A DNA stretch of 64,000 nucleotides from the human T2T-CHM13v2.0 reference genome, Homo sapiens, in the NCBI RefSeq assembly GCF_009914755.1, contig NC_060942.1. One strand, written 5' to 3'. Of this stretch, positions 1-13,303 are shown one piece after another; position 1 is the first letter of the stretch; each line of letters starts with the position of its first letter. The notes below the pieces were generated by a model, which saw only the letters and a list, made by a program, of their open reading frames with translations, was not told the DNA's origin and searched no databases. The translations under genes and the position numbers were made by a program.

Positions 1-382
1 ATGTGAATTTATTTATCACAGAGCCTTAGACCTGTAAGGAACTATAGTGGTCTCCAGCCTGGGCTCTGCTCAACACTCCTGGTGGTAGGGAATTGGATGC
101 TTCTCACATGTCTATTCCCTTTCAGAGCAGCTCTAACTATCAAAAGAGCTTCTTGACTTCAAGTCCATATCAATCTTCCTCCAACAGGTGTTCTTTGGTC
201 CTGTCTGGCACCCTGAAAATACAGACAAAGGATCTATTTTTGTTCTGAAGAACAGCCATGTGCCTATTTGTTAGTAGATACCTTGTTGACCGTGGACAAC
301 CCTCTTACCAATCTTTTCCCCAAAGGAAAGTTGAGTTATAAAGAACACCAAGAGGAGCCACAAAGAAGAAAAGACCCAGCTC

Positions 383-760
<378 letters not shown>

Positions 761-904
761 TCATCGTGCTATGAAGTGACCATGTCCATATCCACGTGGG
801 GGCCTTGGCCACAAAAGAGTAGAAAACACAGTCTTTCTGAGTAACTGAGTTGTCATCCGGGTCAGACTCTTGCAGGTTTTGTTGTCACAGGCCAATTATT
901 TTAC

Positions 905-1022
905 TTTCTGAGCTTCATCTGTAGAATGGCAATAATTTCAATCTGTTCCAGTTGCAAAAATTAAGTTAGTTAGAATGTATAAAGCTCCTGGAAAATAGTC
1001 AGTATTCAATAAATAGTAGTTC
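905..1022 (+). mobile_element. MIR fragment
   Basis: CTTCATCTGTAGAATGG core and 3' TCAATAAATAGTAG resemble the MIR consensus. Confidence 0.6.
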
Positions 1023-1951
1023 CTGTTTCCCCAAGGCTTATGATTGAATTTTAGTTACCTTTGTTTTCTGAATAAATGGTGCATAATAGATACTCTGAAA
1101 ATATTTGGGGAAATGGGAAGGGAGGTAGAGATGGAGGAAAGAGATTTCAATTTGTTTCACAATGGGGATTGCGGAGACAGGGCAAAGTCATAGTGTATAA
1201 ATGGGGTTCTCAGCTTTCTTTTATTTGGCTTTTAAATACACCATGTCCCTAAGTCACAGCAGTGTTGGGTGTTTGAATACAGTGTCTGGAATAATCACTG
1301 TGGTCCATCTTCCCAGAGACTACTTCTGAGCAAAAGTCAAAATAGGAAAGTTCATGAATAACACTGGAGAAAGTACATTTTGGTATAATAAGTCTCAGAA
1401 AAATAAAGGCTAAAATTCTGAGTTAGTACAAAGAAGCAGTTCCTGATGCTGAGATTTATTAGTAAAGGACAATCTGTCCAACTAAATGCAGGCAGCTTCC
1501 GCTCTCAAAATAAAAAACCAGAATGGACAAAAGGCAGAGGAAGAGACTGTATTATTCTGGGAACAATGCAACTCTGAAAAGATGGTGAAGAGATGCCCTA
1601 ATAGATCTTTCATTCCTCACACTCATTCACCAAGAACAAACAGCACAAAGAGAATGAGCATTTTCTCAGGGTGCTGAGAATAAGAAGAATAATTTCCTGA
1701 ATGGAGCTTACTGTTAATCAAAGTGGTTTTTTGTGCACTCATAAGGGTATGATATGCAAAAGCACTGGATTATGATTTTGAGAGGGAAAATGAGACAAGA
1801 ACATGTCTCAAATACTTGGTTTTTGCACCATAGTTTCCTGTCTGCTTCCTATTTGTTTGCTCATCTCCAGCCCAGTAACTTAGTTCTTGTACTCACCACT
1901 ATGCACTCTGCTTTCATTGTTTAGAAATGAGAACCACCTTACCATCACAAC

Positions 1952-1955
<4 letters not shown>

Positions 1956-1988
<33 letters not shown>

Positions 1989-2011
1989 TGTGTGTACACT
2001 CACACATGCAC
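1956..2011. repeat. (CA)n microsatellite followed by short (TG)n
   Basis: About 15 CA units, then CTTGTGTGTGT. Confidence 0.95.
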
Positions 2012-2237
2012 AAACTCCTTTCTATCAAAATTCAAATCACTTGCAAGGTGTGCCTCAGACTTAAATATCAGATCTTCTTCATAAACTTCTCTCAGACTCA
2101 GTGAATTCGCAAAGCACAGATTGCCACTTCCATTGAGCATGACAGTTACGGGACAAGGTGCTTTATTTTAAGGAACCAGCAAACAGATTGGTGTATGAAA
2201 ACTTATTGAACACACACATGTGTGCACAAACACACAC

Positions 2238-2282
2238 GAGAGAGAGAGAGACAGAGAATGAATGAATGAGAGAGAGAGAGAG
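2238..2282. repeat. Interrupted (GA)n/(GAAT)n microsatellite
   Basis: Seen directly. Confidence 0.85.
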
Positions 2283-2899
2283 CAAACTACGTTTTTTCAA
2301 ATGGATGGTAATGAATAAAAACACCATAAAAAAAAAAAGAGTTGTGTTGAGGGAGAGATGATGTCAAACTGAGGAGGGGGATAGGATTTCAATTGAACCT
2401 TAAAGCAAGGATCTGGCTTAGATAAGCAAAGAGGAGAGGAAAGCAATTTCCTAGGTTTCTACTTGAACATTCTGCCCACAGACAGGGGAATTTCCTGTTG
2501 TTGATTCAATCAAGATAGACTCCATATTTAGCAGCCTTTCAGTGTAATGAATCATACCTGGTGGAGGCTCTCAAGACTCATATAGAATATCCAAAGCCAC
2601 ACACATTGCTGCCTGCAGTTACAGCTTTAATCAAATGTATAGATTTGTATTTGTGTTGAATTTTACTCCTAGATGATGGCTTAAATGGTAAAATGGCAAG
2701 ACCTAAACTTTGCCAATGAAAATCTAAATTGCTAAGCTTCAGCAGTGTGCCAGTTATTAATTAATTGCTTCTCGGCTGCAACCCCAACTTGTTTTTGTCC
2801 TACTATGTGATATTTAAGCTGGCACCCTGCAAAGGACTTCATTTCCTTGTCATCTGGGCAGAGAAGGCTGGGTCTCAGCCTCAGGAGTCCTCCTCTGAA

Positions 2900-3110
2900 T
2901 TTCCAAGTTCCTTCTTGATCACTTTTTCTTCAACCTGAGAGGTGGTAGTTAGTTGCTTTCTACAGTTGCCACCTCTGTTAGCCCCTAGAGCTCTTTTTCA
3001 TCCCTTTTAGTAGTGAATCACTTTTACATACTTATCAATCCTTCATATTAAGTTTTGTCTGGTCAAATCACTTGTAGGTTTCTGTCTTCTAACTGAACCC
3101 TGACTAATAA
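2900..3110 (+). mobile_element. Old ERVL-type LTR 3' part (LTR33-like)
   Basis: Ends GGTTTCTGTCTTCTAACTGAACCCTGACTAATA, resembling the LTR33-family terminus. Confidence 0.5.
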
Positions 3111-3279
3111 GCAGAACTTGCTTTTCTTTAGGGGAGAGCACCTTTCATTTCATCTGTGAAATAGAGGTAAGTATAGAGGTAGTGATGAAGAGGAATGGGA
3201 GAAAGTTTTAGCCATTAGTATAATCCTCTAACCTATTGGGCATGTTATTGGCTGGTATTAGAGATATTGTGTTGCTAAT

Positions 3280-3708
3280 TCTAGCTATGCTGTCTATTCA
3301 CCTGTTTGCTCTCAGATTCATTTTCTGCCCTTCTCCTTCTCTAGGGTGTATCACAGGGGCTTATTCACAATTTTTGCCAACCAGTTTTTTACTAAGTTCA
3401 GCCATTGATGGTAAATGTTATGGAAGGAAAATGGAAAAATTCTGGTCACACCCCCAGCCTCACCGCCTCATGCCCCAAGGCAACCATTTTCAACATTGTG
3501 GCCTCTGTCCTTGGTTTCAACTCTTAGTGTAGGTTCAATTTCGGTCAGACAGCCCTGACCCTTAGTCTCTGATAACACCACCTTTCCCTTTGATCTCTCC
3601 AGTTCTAGGGATAGTAGCATCTTCTTACAGTTAGTAGCCTGAAATAAATTTCTACTACTGACCTACCTGGAGAAAGCTCTGTTTTGCTGATTGGACTCTG
3701 ACTGATAA
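3280..3708 (+). mobile_element. Old ERVL-type LTR (LTR33-like)
   Basis: Has AATAAA at ~3643 and ends CTCTGTTTTGCTGATTGGACTCTGACTGATA. Confidence 0.5.
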
Positions 3709-4199
3709 TGCTATAAAGGTACCTCTCACATAATCTTCATCAATTCATGTATTTGAATGTTCTCTAATATCACCAAATACATTGGTTTCTTACTTAATTT
3801 ATCTAGATAGTATCATGGTTGTCACACTGACATTCAGAAGAAATGTCAATTTGTTTCTCATATAGGTCTTCTTTCTTCTTCTTTCTAGTTTTTTGTTTCA
3901 AGTATCATAAAAATGAGTAAATAATGTAGTCAATAAGGGTGTCTTCATGAAATTCTACATCATCACAACGCACCTTCATATGCTCAAAGAAAATAAAAAT
4001 ATATGAGTCTCCATTAAAGCCACCTTTGTCCTAACATGCCTAGGTAATTGGAGCAAATACATTCCTTCCTCTTTCATTTATGAATCACTGGCCTAAATTC
4101 CCACCTAAGATATGAATTTAAAAAGGGGGAAAGAAAAAAGAACCAGAAAAGAAGGAGGATGGGTGGAGGAAGAGTACAATGACAGCAACTAGAATTAAT

Positions 4200-4380
4200 T
4201 GAATGTTATTCATATAAGTTGTTCCTTTAATTCACATAGGAAGCCATGAGTTGGATATAATTCTTATTCTCATTTTACAAATAAGATAACTGAGGCATAG
4301 AGATGTTAAATAGCTTGCCCAAAGTTACCCACTGGGTCAGTGTGGTAGACCTGGTAGGCCCAACTTTAAGACCTAATTCA
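4200..4380 (-). mobile_element. MIR
   Basis: CTCATTTTACAAATAAGATAACTGAGGCATAGAGATGTTAAATAGCTTGCCCAAAGTTAC is the reverse-complemented MIR core. Confidence 0.85.
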
Positions 4381-5592
4381 TACACTTTGAAAGATGACCA
4401 GAAAAAGGGAAAAGCCTGCGGTTGGAGAGAGAAAGTAAAGTCCTCAAAATCCTCTTATGGGTCATTGTGAAGGCCTAGACATGCAAAGATGAACTCCAGA
4501 AGGGAGAGCCCTGAGGGAGAGGAGGAGAGGCTGAGAGCAAATCCCGCCTGCTTCCGACCTTTGTCTGGCTGCAGGCGGTAGGGAGAGAAGAGGTGCGGTG
4601 ATAGCAATTGCACAGAAAACCTCTGGAGGGGAGAAGTGGCCACACGTGAGAAATGAGCTTGAACTCCACAATGGCATCCACAAGGCCAAAGTGTCTTTTT
4701 AGCATATGCCATCCCCCTAATAATCAGGTAATTGCTTTGGTACTCTGGTGTAGAGGAGCCTTCAGTTTGGGGTACCTTATTAAGATGTTGACAGACCCTG
4801 GAGAGTTCAGAGAGGAGCAAGGAGATGATTACAGGGGCTGGAGGGGTTGATTTATGAAGCAAGATGGAAAGACTGGTGCTGTTACCGCTTGGATAAATGA
4901 TAGCTAAGACAGGCATAATGATATCTATAAATATTAGTAGGGCAGAAGCAGAGAGAAGAGAAGGGATTCATGCACTACAGATGGAATACAATACCCTCCG
5001 TTTCCCTTTGCTGAACTTTCAGGAAAAACTTTCTGACAGCAATGTCATCAGAACGGCAGAAAAATCAGCCACAGGGGAAAGGGTGAAAGTGACAGCCCAG
5101 GAACACTTAAGACCAAGCTCCAGAAAAAATCAGTGTGCTGAAGGGCATCCTCTGCCCTGACTTAGGATTGCATTGAAGAGGCCCTTGTGGAACCAGGAGC
5201 CATTGCAGAGTCCAGGGTTCATCTTGCTCTCCAGACTTCCTTCTCATCCATCCTCTTCACACCAGTCAGGCTTATTCATTGTGCCTTTGTTCAAACTTTC
5301 CCCTTACCGCAGAAACCTCCCTACTGGTCTAAATCTACCCAATCTATATCCACAATTAATGAAAGCCTCGAGTAGCCATGGTACTGAGCTAAGGGGATGG
5401 ATACAATGGCAAGGAGAAAATCATGGTCTTCAAACTGATGGTTAGCTGGAAAGCCAGTCAAGTTATCACATAGGTAAATATAGTGTAATGAGAGTGATGA
5501 TTGATGTAGGGCCAGAGTGTTCTGGAAATAAGGAGGGGAGGTACGACTGATACGACTGAAGGTATGGAGTGATAATTGCTGAAACGTGACAA

Positions 5593-6090
5593 TGTTAAAC
5601 TTCACCTGAGCCATAAAAAGACAATGGTTAAGAAATCTCCCCACGCTTTCGTGTTCTGGGAAGCCAAAGCGTCACCCTTTCCCCTATGACTTGGAAAAGA
5701 CTTTTGGTCCACTCTTCTCACAACTCCCCATAAGATTCACAAATAACTCTCTTGTTTATCTGTGACAACTCCAAACACAGACCTTTCTTATTTTGCCTGA
5801 ACTTGCTGAAAGGCCAGATGCTGACCTTCCAGCTTTCTATTCTTCTCATGAATTAGTAGCTGAGGTTAAATGTTGTCCCCATGAAAGGAGAAACATTTCC
5901 TGTTTGGTTGACTAATTGAGACTTTTCATTGCAAATCATCCCACCTGTAACTAGTCCACTCCTTTCTGTAAAAGTCTAACACAAAGTCACACTGCTGAGG
6001 CACTCTGATCTTCAGATCTGAAAGGTTGTCCCTGTTGCAGTAACCTGAATAACATCAGTTTCCTTATTAATCTGATATTTGTCTCTGACA
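5593..6090 (+). mobile_element. Solo ERV1-class LTR (MER90-like)
   Basis: TG...CA termini (TGTTAAAC ... TGTCTCTGACA), ~500 bp, with CACTCTGATCTTCAGATCTGA and a degenerate poly(A)-signal region near the 3' end. Confidence 0.6.
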
Positions 6091-7492
6091 AAAGAATCTG
6101 GAGAAGTGAATTGCAATTAAGGAAAGAAGAAGAGGAGGCATATGGAAGGGAGTTACACGGAAAGGAAGCAACTCATACACAGGCCTGGAGCTGAGAAACA
6201 GAAGACTATGTTAGTGCACTGCTGTGACTGAAGGGCCACACCTTGGGAGAGGGGTAAAGTGAGAAATTAGACTGGAGACACATCTTTTATCACAGAGCAT
6301 GACCCTAGCCAAAAATCTTTCCTGACTTAGATTCTTTACTATAAAAATGAGGGAAATAGTAATGAAGGAGATCACAAGGGCCAAGCTCTTGGCACGCGGT
6401 AGATGCTCAGGAACCAAGTGGCATTCTCAGACCATGCCTGGCATGTGGTGGATGGAGAAGTACTGTTTCCTAAATGGTTGGTGGACTGATGTTCCCACCT
6501 TACCTTCTACATTCAAGTGAATTATTACAGCCAATTCTGTTGCCAAGTGGATTAGAAGCCAATACAGTTGTGATCTCTTGATGTCACATTGTGTATGATA
6601 ATTCCATCCTGCCTTAGGAGTCACCACCATGGTTCAAGCCTCTTTGAATAGAAACAAAAGCAGAGAATGTTTCACTGGAGAGCATAAACCCACAGTAAAC
6701 TCTCAGAGCAGGTTGGCCAGATTGTGGACCTTAGAACCTGAGCAGGGCTGATGTAGTGTGCAGACCCAAATGGTGCACACTGGATGCGATATGGCTCTGG
6801 TAAGCCTGACGATGTTGCAAAGCCAGCCCCAGCTCACCACACGGCCACCTGTGGCAGCCACAGTTTGTATGGACTGGTTCGGAGGGATAAAAATGCATTT
6901 CTCAAACCAACAGTATGCAATGCAACATATTTTTCACATGTTTAATGGAACAGAAATTTTTATTTTAACTGACATTTATGGGCATTATGGTGTTCTGTGG
7001 AGAGAGCAGAAACCTGGTGGGGAGAGATAGCGGGTATACGAATCACATTATTTTTATCATAAGATTAGTGCATTCTGTGTTTTCCTCCCCCAAGGCTCCT
7101 TTCTCCCCCTCCCAGCCTAGAAAAACAAGTGATTATCTATGGAGGCTCTTGCTATACAAAGCCCCAGCTTAGTTAACCCTTTCTCCATTGCAATCCGGAC
7201 ACCAGAGATCCCGTTATTTAATGTTAATATATTGTTTTCCCACTGCCTGGCTCTGAGAGACCCAGATTCTTGGCGCCACAGACTCAAGCATCAGCCAAAG
7301 CAATAAAGAGGAGACAATTCTTCATTATCATCCCTGGAAGCTACACAGTGACAATGAGGGGACTGCCTTTTGGGTTTGCTAGTGTTTCTGTATACATTCA
7401 GAAAGCATATCCTAAAGTTGTGGTTTTAGTGACAATCAGCTTTAACTATTCTGGCCATCTTCTTCCTATATTTTGCTTTTAAAAACTAGAGC

Positions 7493-7805
7493 AGCCAGGC
7501 GCGCTGGCTCATGCCTGTTATCCCAACACTTTGGGAGGCCGAGGCAGGCAGATCACGAGGTCAGGAGATTGAGACCATCTTGGCTAACACGGTGAAACCC
7601 CATCTCTACTAAAAATACAAAAAAATTGCCAGAAGTGGTGGCACACACCCGTAATCCCAGCTACTTGGGAGCTGAGGCAGGAGAATTGCTTGAACCCGGG
7701 AGGTGGAGGTTGCATTGAGCCGAGACAGTGCCACTGCACTCCAGCATGGGAGACAGAGTGAGACTCCATCTCAAAATAAATACATAAATTAATTAATTAA
7801 TTAAA
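7493..7805 (+). mobile_element. Full-length Alu, AluSc-like
   Basis: GATCACGAGGTCAGGAGATTGAGACCATC and GGAGGTTGCA; tail decayed to (TAAT)n. TSD TAAAAACTAGAGC (7480-7492) / TAAAAACTGGAGC (7806-7818). Confidence 0.96.
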
Positions 7806-9917
7806 TAAAAACTGGAGCTTCCAGGAGGTCAACAGAGATAACAAATTTGAGAAGGAATAAGGGGTCTTTGAGACAAGTATGCCCTTTCCTAGTTCTCTTT
7901 TTCCCTTTTGTTCCCACCACACCCCAGATTAATCTCTTTTTCTTGTCTCTTCTTGTCCTGCCATCTCTGTTTCAACTGTTGTTTTTCTGCAGATGTAAAG
8001 AAAACCCTGGCTATAAATCAAGATTCTAATCCTTGCTGTAAACTTACCAAGCTGTGTAAACATGACTATGTCAATCAAGCAAGGCTGCAGTTTCCTCTCC
8101 TGTGGAAGTGGTCCTGAGGCCTTTCCAGTTTCTCCACAGACTGAAATTCCATATGCTTCCTGTGTTCCTCAGTCTCCATGGCTTTAAAACCAATTTGTGC
8201 ACTAAGAACTTTTATGTCATTACTTCATCACTGATAAAACAATGTAAAGTAATGTCCAAGTTTCTGGTGGTGGAGTTGACTTTGTAAATTGCATAATTCA
8301 ATATGCACCTCAAAGTTTAATTTCTAAATAGTGTTTAATATTTGCACAGCATCATTTGCTGAGCTTCCATGCAGCTGGCCAAACACACTGAGCCGACCAT
8401 TCTCCTGGACATTGTAAATAAATTACAATTATGAATCAAAGAAATATGGACCAGTACTTGAAAAGCCCCAGGAAATCCTGCAAGAGCAGTATCGTATCTG
8501 TAGCAAAATCCAGATAAATGTTTCCTATGATGAAGACAGGCAAGGAAGTTTGTAAGACTAAGTTGGCACAAATGATGAAATCCCACGGACACCCCATCCT
8601 CTCAGCCCTGCGCCCATCATATTCTGTTCTTTGTATGTGAGTTTCAGTCATAATGTGAGTCACAAAACATACTCGCTGGCTCAGAAAACTGCAGAAAAGC
8701 AGTCTAAGTTCTTTTCAGCCTGGCTTTGATGGCTGAAAGGTATACCTCTTGGAACTAGTGAGCATATCACAGATGCTGAGCAGGTGAGCTTTAAAAAATG
8801 GTGTTCCATCTAAATAATCTGTCAGGCTACTGACAACAAAAAGCTATTTCTGACTGTAGCTGGAATGAGTGATTACTTTGATACCAAATTAAAACAAGCT
8901 TTGAAATTGGAAATAACCAGAATTAAGCTATCTCCAATGAATGACTGAGCTCCCCCCTTCAGTACATTTTCTTCTATATTAGCCGTAAACATGAGCTCTT
9001 CATTAATAGAAATTGGCTCATTGCTACTAGCCACAAGGGGAATCTATAGGATGTGTGGCACTAACTTCCAACCTGATCAAGAAGACAACTTGTTCTTAAT
9101 GTGAGTGCTTTCTTGGGAACTTAAAAATTCTTCATGTCCCCTTTGGCTTCTTGCATATGAAGCCAATTGTAATGTTCAGCTTTTAAATGTTCAAATATTT
9201 TCTCTGCATGGGATGTTTATGACACCAAATAATTTCTGGATGATTACTGTTTTTAATAACCATCTAATTACTGTATTAATCAGAAATGTCCTTTTGGCTT
9301 ATAGAAGGCACAAGGGACAGAGGTAAGAAACAAAGATATTCCTCTTGCAATCCCCTTGTACAGAACTTCTAAGCTTCCTATTCAGATGATACAGAAATGT
9401 TGCTAAATTGTGGGCTCAATCCATTGTAACTAGAAGATGTTCCAGTCTTCCTGTACCAATTATTCAAAGCATTCCAAATAAATGGGTGTCTCATGACCTC
9501 CCAAACTCCTGTATGTCTTGAACACTTAATTGAATCACCCTTTTATATTTTAACTTTATACAGTGGAAAATGTTGTCACTTGGCAGAAATTTTATTCAGA
9601 CATTTTCTGTTAACTGTTTTTTTTTCCTGATCCCTGATCTATACATGATGACCTTATACAGCAATGAATCGGAGAGGTTAATATTCCAAATAGACTGTGA
9701 TTTTTCTTTGCATTTATCTTAGGTTTACCAAGCTTCCATTTCATCAAATGACCCTTGCCACCTATTTAGCTAGCAAATTTTGTGTAAATCACAATAGACA
9801 TCTTCTCTGCTGCCCTCTCATCTCCTCCTCCCCTGGTGGTTTTTCATGGAAGAGATGGAAATGCTAGTGATATCTGTCCCAGCTCTTCTTCAACCCTCAC
9901 TCATGTTCCTGGCAAGA

Positions 9918-9918
<1 letters not shown>

Positions 9919-9975
<57 letters not shown>
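9919..9975. repeat. Perfect (TG)~28 microsatellite
   Basis: Seen directly. Confidence 0.98.
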
Positions 9976-9976
<1 letters not shown>

Positions 9977-11229
9977 TAAAGAAATAATGAAAAATAGCCA
10001 GAGAGAATTTTCTGAAGTCTTGGGAGTTTCATTAAAAGAATTGCACTGATTTTTTTGCATTTGATGAAATGGTAATTTTGCTGCTTCTCTTTCATACTGA
10101 GCTTGATGGACAGGCCCTTCTTTAATGTACAAATAATCTTTATGACCCTTGTAAGCAGGTCTGATGATACTCAGCTGAGTAATGTACCAGAACTGAAATT
10201 TCCATCTACTTGATGTTTTGCACAGGGGTTTTGATGAAGTCACTGTCACCTGCTATTAACTTAATATCAAGTCTTAATAGGGTCCCTTTCTCACCATCTC
10301 CACGCTGTTGGGGTCCAAATTAATTACGAAGTAAAAATTCTGCCACATAAATCCTCACTTCCCATGGAGGAAAAAAAAGTTTCTAACCTCATTTGAAGGG
10401 CTCAGAGAGCAGACTGTGCAAGAAAATTTGCCTTCAAGACACGTCTAAAAATTCTGTATACCAGTGCGAAAAACAGAGGACCCTGCAAAGTGGGGCTCAC
10501 TTCCTTATGCTCAAGCACTGTGTCTTCTTTCTCGGCATCTCATATTTATTCTCATAAATTGTTTGACTCTTCACTTAGTGCTCCCTGGTACTGAGCTATG
10601 GCTGGAGATAACAAAATCTTCCCTAAAAATAACCTATTCTGTGAGAATTTTTTTTTAAATCTACTCAATAGTCATCTGGTATTACCTAAAATTTTACCAT
10701 CAGAAATAAATTTGTTATTAAATGATAACATCTCTAAAAGGTCAGGAGAAAGGATGAAGAGTATGAGAGGATAAAAAGAACTTAATCTCTATTAGACACG
10801 TAAAACTTCATATGAATTTGTTTAGAATATCACTGGGAGTGAAGACAGGGTGTTGTCGTGTTTGGGAGAACATGAGGGCGAGGGTCATATATACAATAAC
10901 AGTTGAAAAGATGGGAAAATCTTTCCAAAGGTATGGTAGAGTATGAAAGATAACTTTGCCTGGGTCACAATTCTGTCTGCAGATCTCCAAGGGCAACAGA
11001 AGAAAACAGGAATAGGGGTAATATTAGTGTCTATACATTGGAAAAATATGCAAAGAGAGATAATAATTAAAAGCTCAGATATACTTATACATTTTCATTA
11101 ATATATAGAACCCTTAACTTTGATTACTTATTAGACACTAAAAAACAGATTATTCATTTCACTCTTCCTCCTAAAATCAAAAATTGCACTTTTGAAGCTT
11201 CCCTCAGATTCCATCATCTTCCTTTTGCT

Positions 11230-11628
11230 GTTTCTAGCCTCGACATTACTGATTCCAGCTGACCACCCCTGCAGCTCTTCTTTAGCTGCATTTATATACT
11301 TGGTTCCTAGAGTAAATTTGCCAATTCAGGCAAACCTAGAAGTTTGTGTTCCCTAAGCTCTTAGCCAGCGAGTGAATACTAGAGCTACTGGAATATGAAA
11401 GCCTGGCACCCTCATTTCCTGTAGAATGAACACAGAGGCATGACTTAAAATCCAGAATTTTCCTGGATCAGATTGAGCTTATCCTTCACAGGTCCTTGCC
11501 TGAAATCTCAGCCTTGCTTGGCTTCCTCCCTTTTTCTGGGCTACTTCCCCACTTTCTTACTAGATTCTCTTTAAAAAATCATTTGCACACCATCTCAGAG
11601 CCTTCTTCTGGGGAACCCAACTATGACA
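11230..11628 (+). mobile_element. ERVL LTR (LTR16-like)
   Basis: Ends CTCAGAGCCTTCTTCTGGGGAACCCAACTATGACA, like the LTR16 terminus, and contains CCTTGCTTGGCTTCCTCCC. Confidence 0.65.
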
Positions 11629-12462
11629 TGCCATTTCCATATATATCCACTTGAAGATTTGGACAAACTTGAATTTATCATGGCCAACACCAAATGCATC
11701 ACCGTGTCCCACTTACCACTTCCAATAATCATTCCTGTTAGGAATGCAACATTCTCATAGTTACTCAAGCACAAAGGTTTGGAGGCATGTTTAAATGTTT
11801 TCTTTTCACTCCATGATTTAACTAACACTGGTATTACATTTTATAGTTTACAAAACATTTTCATTTACTTAATGTCATTTGATTCTCAAAATAAACTTTG
11901 TAAATCTATAGGTTAGATTTGATCATCTCAGCCTCAAAGGGAGGCTTCAAAGCATAAAGAAAATTAAACAGTGAGTAAATTGAGTAATTGGTATGAGGAC
12001 TTGTGCCTTTGACGTTGATTGACTACTTTTCGACAAAGCCAGATGTTCTTCCTTCAGGATATCTTTCAGATGCCTCTCTTTTTTTCTGTTTCTTCGACGC
12101 AACCTTGGTTTAGACCCGTGCTATTCTTTCTCTCGTTATAACAATGATCTCCTAAATGGTTACTCTACCTCTACTTCTCCTTGTTTTATGCCTGCATGCT
12201 CCTGCTAAATCACAACTCTTTCTCACTTTACTGTGATCTGGATCCTGCAGTCATTTCTAGTTTTAACTCTTGCTTGTCCCTTCTATCTAATTCTAGGATT
12301 TATTTGTTACTGAATTATAGCATAGCTATACTCATGTACAGACATGAGTACCTTTAAGTCAGGTGATGCTATAACAAACACCTAATGTGTGTGTGTCACT
12401 GACTTAGAAACTGAATGATTAGAGGCAATAAAACTAATAAAGAAAAAGAGGTTAAAAAGATT

Positions 12463-12735
12463 GACCAGGCATGGTGGCTCACTTTGAGAGGCCAAGGTGG
12501 ACAGATCATGAGGTCAGGAGACTGAGACCCTTCTGATCAACATGGTGAAACCCTGTATCTACTAAAAAATACAAATTAGCTGGGTGTGGCGGCAGGTGCC
12601 TGTAATCCCAACTACTCGGGAGCCTGAGGCAGGAGAATTGCTTGAACCAGGGAGTCTGGGGTTGCAGTGAGCCGAGATCGTGCCACTGCACAGCCTGGCG
12701 ACAAAGTGAGACTCCATCTCAAAAAAAAACAAAAA
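12463..12735 (+). mobile_element. Alu (AluSc-like) with a 17-bp deletion in the left arm
   Basis: Alu body and A-tail. GGCTCAC|TTTGAGAGG lacks GCCTGTAATCCCAGCAC. Confidence 0.95.
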
Positions 12736-12859
12736 TGTGGCTATGCATATTACGCAGTGAATAAACTTTGGTAGAACTGTTGCCTGCTAGAACTTGGAAG
12801 TCAGATTACATGTCTAATGAGCTTATGGTACTGGAAAAGAAGTTGAAAGACTGAAAGTA

Positions 12860-13303
12860 CAGTTGACCATTGAACAACATGGGGGTTAGGGGAACCAATC
12901 TCTGTGCAGTGAAAGATCTGTGTACATCTTTTGACCCCTCTAGAACTTAACTACTAATGGCCTACTATTGAACAGAAGACTTACCAATAACGTAGTCAAT
13001 TAACACGTATTTTGCATATTATATGTTACATATTTTATATACTGTATTCTTACAATAAAGTAAGCTAGAGGAAAGAAACTGTTAAGAAAATCATAAGGAG
13101 AAGAAAATATGTTTGCTATTCATTAAATGGAAGTGGATCATCATAAAGGTCTTCATTTTCATTGTCTTCATGTTGAGTAGGCTGTGGAGAAGGAGGAAGA
13201 AGAGGGGTTGGTCTTACTGCTTCCAAGGTTGGAGAGGTTGAAAAAAAATCCTTTTATAAGTGGACCCATGCTATACAAATCCATATTGTTCAAAGGTCAA
13301 CTG
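12860..13303. mobile_element. Tigger2a (MER28) non-autonomous TcMar-Tigger DNA transposon
   Basis: Terminal inverted repeats CAGTTGACCATTGAACAACATGG ... CCATATTGTTCAAAGGTCAACTG, flanked by TA on both sides (12858-12859, 13304-13305). Internal sequence matches the Tigger2a consensus as I recall it. Confidence 0.92.

Noticed and set aside
1887-2084. THTHTH / CVCVCV / KERK low-complexity ORFs (also 9846, 9890, 16799, 58613)
   Set aside because: Translations of microsatellites.
4455-4916. Longest ORF in the window (153 aa, minus)
   Set aside because: No recognisable domain, Ser/Leu/Pro-rich composition typical of chance ORFs, and no convincing exon structure.
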